Positions 61,269-64,000 of a stretch of DNA of 64,000 nt are shown here, in pieces (the first letter of the stretch is position 1; each line of letters opens with the position of its first letter). Below the pieces are notes generated by a model that saw only the letters and a program-made list of their open reading frames with translations, had not been told where the DNA came from and searched no databases. The position numbers and the translations under genes were made by a program. Where the stretch lies: positions 744,001 to 808,000 of the forward strand of contig NC_081333.1 of NCBI RefSeq assembly GCF_022539665.2. The letters are read 5' to 3'. The DNA comes from Daphnia carinata (taxonomy: Eukaryota).

Positions 61269-64000
61269 AAAACGGATTGCCATAATACACCGAATATTCG
61301 GCGCAATGCTAGCGCGCCAGTATGTTACAGCGCTAGCGCGTACGGCAATCCGTTTTACCCCCCCCAAAAAATAAAATAAATATCGGCCTTTTACAGGTGT
61401 TTAAGTACCCAGTTTCACCAACACTCTGAACGTAAAGGACAAGTTGTTCTTTAGCCAGAGAAGCAGAATTATTTGAGGCTTCTAGCTGTGACAGAACTAT
61501 AAAGGATTGCTGTTGTACCGGATTCATTAACACAAGATGATACTTCTCATTAGACAATTTGCATTACTCTATTACTTTACCTCATACCTTAACGGTAATG
61601 CAGTCTGTGTTTTTTCAACTACAGGCCGACTCTTCCATCCTGTAACACTTCCAGACTTGACTTGATCCCACACTAAAATTCTGTGAATGCAAAATAATAG
61701 CATTAAAAATACTTTTTCTATAGACAAAAAACCGAGAAGTACCTAATCCATGTTTGCTGTTGAATTCATGCCATTTCTGGGTTTCCATACCCCACCCATT
61801 TTTGGCAGTCTTTATGGTAATATTAATCAAAGCCACATGTATCACTATGAAATGGATGTTGAAAAGCAAATAAAAACCTGCTAAGATGTATATCAGGAGA
61901 ATCAGAATAGATCTCAAATCAACTTCAGTTATTCTTTTACCTATAGTACTTAATGACATAGCATAATAGATATACCTGCCTCAATTCAGAACCATAGACC
62001 AACGGAAAAGAACACAGAAATGTAGCTGTGAAAGCAGATCACTTTAGAACACAGGATCAGGTATAGATCATCTAAGAGTAGACCTAAAATGCAAAGACAA
62101 AAATATTGGGCATAATTGCAGTTTACCAAACACAGTAGCAAAATAAAATAATTGTCAAAGAAAGACATATGCACACTTGGGTTGGCGAATGGATAAGTCT
62201 AGCTGATGCAATGTATGGCAATCCGTTTTACCCCCCGCCCCCAAAAAAAAAAAAAAAAAAAACTCGCCTACTTTCTGTTTTACTGCTATCCACCGGTAGA
62301 TGGCGATAGCAGTGAAATAGAAAAAAAAGGCCAATATTTTTATTTTTTTTTTGGGTTAAACGGATTGCCATAGTGATATCGCATATGTTTCTCATGACTA
62401 AGTTACATGGGACAACGTCTTCAAGTGAAATGCCATCTAGCGGCGTCCACGACCATTTAGCAAATCTAAAATTGGGCCTCATTGCTTTGTCCTCCCTAAC
62501 TAAAAACCCTTCCCGAGTGACGTTCTATTCGTTGCTAGGTTACCTGTTAAACCATGTTTTTAGAAGGAAGCTAACCATTTGTGTCCCGAATTGGAAAATA
62601 TAAATTTTTGCGTAGTGTAAAGAATGCTTGAAGGTTCGTTTTCCACAACATGTAGCCATCAGTAGTATTCCGTAGGTGACGGTTTTAGCTGACAACTTTA
62701 AAAGAGTAAAACAATGGTACTTGCCAAAAAAAAAAAAACCGTTCAACTCTAGTCGCATCACCAATTTATTCTAGAGTTAATGGTAACGTTTAAAATTCGA
62801 TCAGCTTTGTTCATGGCTATTATGTTTTCAAATCACTTTCCTTTAATACAGCGCTAATTTACACTGTGACCTATCGCATATGATGTGCTTTTTAGTTATT
62901 CTGCTTGAACGACGAGGAACGAAGTTGCAGCATCAGTAAATTTTCACTCAGTAAACTTCAAATGCATGCCAATTGGGCGTTCAAAATCGTCAGACTTTCA
63001 GTGGAATAAAAAATAATTGCTATTGCGGTCATTATGTTAAATAGCAAGGAAGCACAATATTGATCTTTTTTCTCCTTTCAAATAAAACAGTGTTGCCAAA
63101 TTCTATTTTTTAAACCTCTTCAGTTGAGCGCAGTAACTTTGCAAATTGCAATTTGGAAGACGCTAGTTGCAAAATGACCCCATGTTAAAACAGATGCTAT
63201 TTTACGCTGTAGCTGAAATTTCCTAATAAGGACCGAGATTTAACAGTGCAAGAAGTTAACAGAAATTATTGGAAAAGAAAAAAGAAGATTTCCAGCTGCG
63301 TCCATCCATGTCAACAGCACACGAAAAAGCTTCTCTTTTAAACCTATCATAATGTTTTCCAAGTGTCGTCGTAACATGTTCGATATGCTGGTAGTAAATC
63401 TGTAACTACACTTCAACCAAAATACGATAGACAAAACCATTAGTTTTCTTGATGAAAAAAGTATCAAGAAGATTTTTGACACAAATCGTATGGCTTCAAT
63501 GAAAATTCTTAATGCGCATTCGCTGTCTATTTTTTTTTTTCTTTAAACACTTTCATGTCGAACTTAATTCTACATTTGGACATAGGCCTATCAGTTGAAT
63601 CTTTTGTAGATCGTATACTTCGTACTCATCCCAAGTGATCTACTAAAAACATTTTCAATGATACAATCTTTTTTTAACACAGTTCAAGTATCGGTCAGAA
63701 AATACAATTATGGTGGAAAGCCTGGGACGTCGGTCTTTTCTTTTGCCATCGAAATCTACTATCTATTTTCATTCTTATCACATTTTAGCATGAAACATTA
63801 AAGAGAATTAAGTTTCAAGCTAAACGGAAAGTAAGAAAAGTCACTGAACACGTAGCGCATCCATTAAATAACGTGAAATTCTTTTTCATGTGAAATGAAA
63901 TTGACATCTCTTTGACTGTAGTGTTTGGGATGTATGAGCCCACCTCACTTTAATACTCTTTGTCTAGCGCGCCTTTGTCAAGAAATCGAATATGATTTAC

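Larger units (their letters stand above)
52638..62372. mobile_element. Composite non-autonomous TIR/foldback transposon complex; no transposase recognised
   Basis: The terminal motif TATGGCAATCCGTTTTACCC occurs forward at 52638, 53093, 57967, 61341 and 62214. It occurs reverse-complemented ending at 53092, 53277, 57952, 58989, 61284 and 62372. The segment 53093-~54090 is the reverse complement of ~61400-62372. Confidence 0.85.

Noticed and set aside
52638..62372. CRISPR-like array suggested by the recurring 20-bp motif
   Set aside because: The copies are in both orientations with irregular spacing in a eukaryotic context, and there are no cas genes. They behave as transposon termini.
63230..63730. 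Exon-like segments on the + strand near the window end
   Set aside because: Stops interrupt the plausible frames and no family is recognisable. At most this is a pseudogene fragment.

Overview
This is eukaryotic animal DNA, most likely from a Daphnia-like crustacean. That taxon is an inference from the ~55-75 nt introns, poly-T and (GT)n tracts and the protein sequences. All analysis was done by eye. Five spliced genes are recognisable: POLE2 (+, 5' end outside the window, stop at 2137), a MYND-containing HIF prolyl hydroxylase of the EGLN/PHD2 type (-, 2604-4412), the bifunctional Glu-Pro-tRNA synthetase EPRS with four WHEP repeats (-, 5238-12205), a 20-coding-exon RERE/Atrophin with BAH-ELM2-SANT-GATA-atrophin domains (+, 19295-50203), and DJ-1/PARK7 (-, 51261-52098). 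The segment 52.6-62.4 kb is a composite foldback or non-autonomous transposon complex. It has 11 copies of a TATGGCAATCCGTTTTACCC terminal motif, 1.5-2.2 kb inverted arms, divergent tRNA-derived A/B-box heads at the palindrome centres, a GC-rich multi-hairpin core, CTCF-like motifs and a hidden 5-exon orphan ORF. The strongest leads are (1) this palindromic element with its candidate Pol III units, (2) a probable internal promoter or alternative exon in EPRS that would split GluRS from WHEP-ProRS, and (3) RERE-PARK7 tail-to-tail linkage resembling human 1p36. Most short ORFs in the supplied track are intronic or low-complexity noise.
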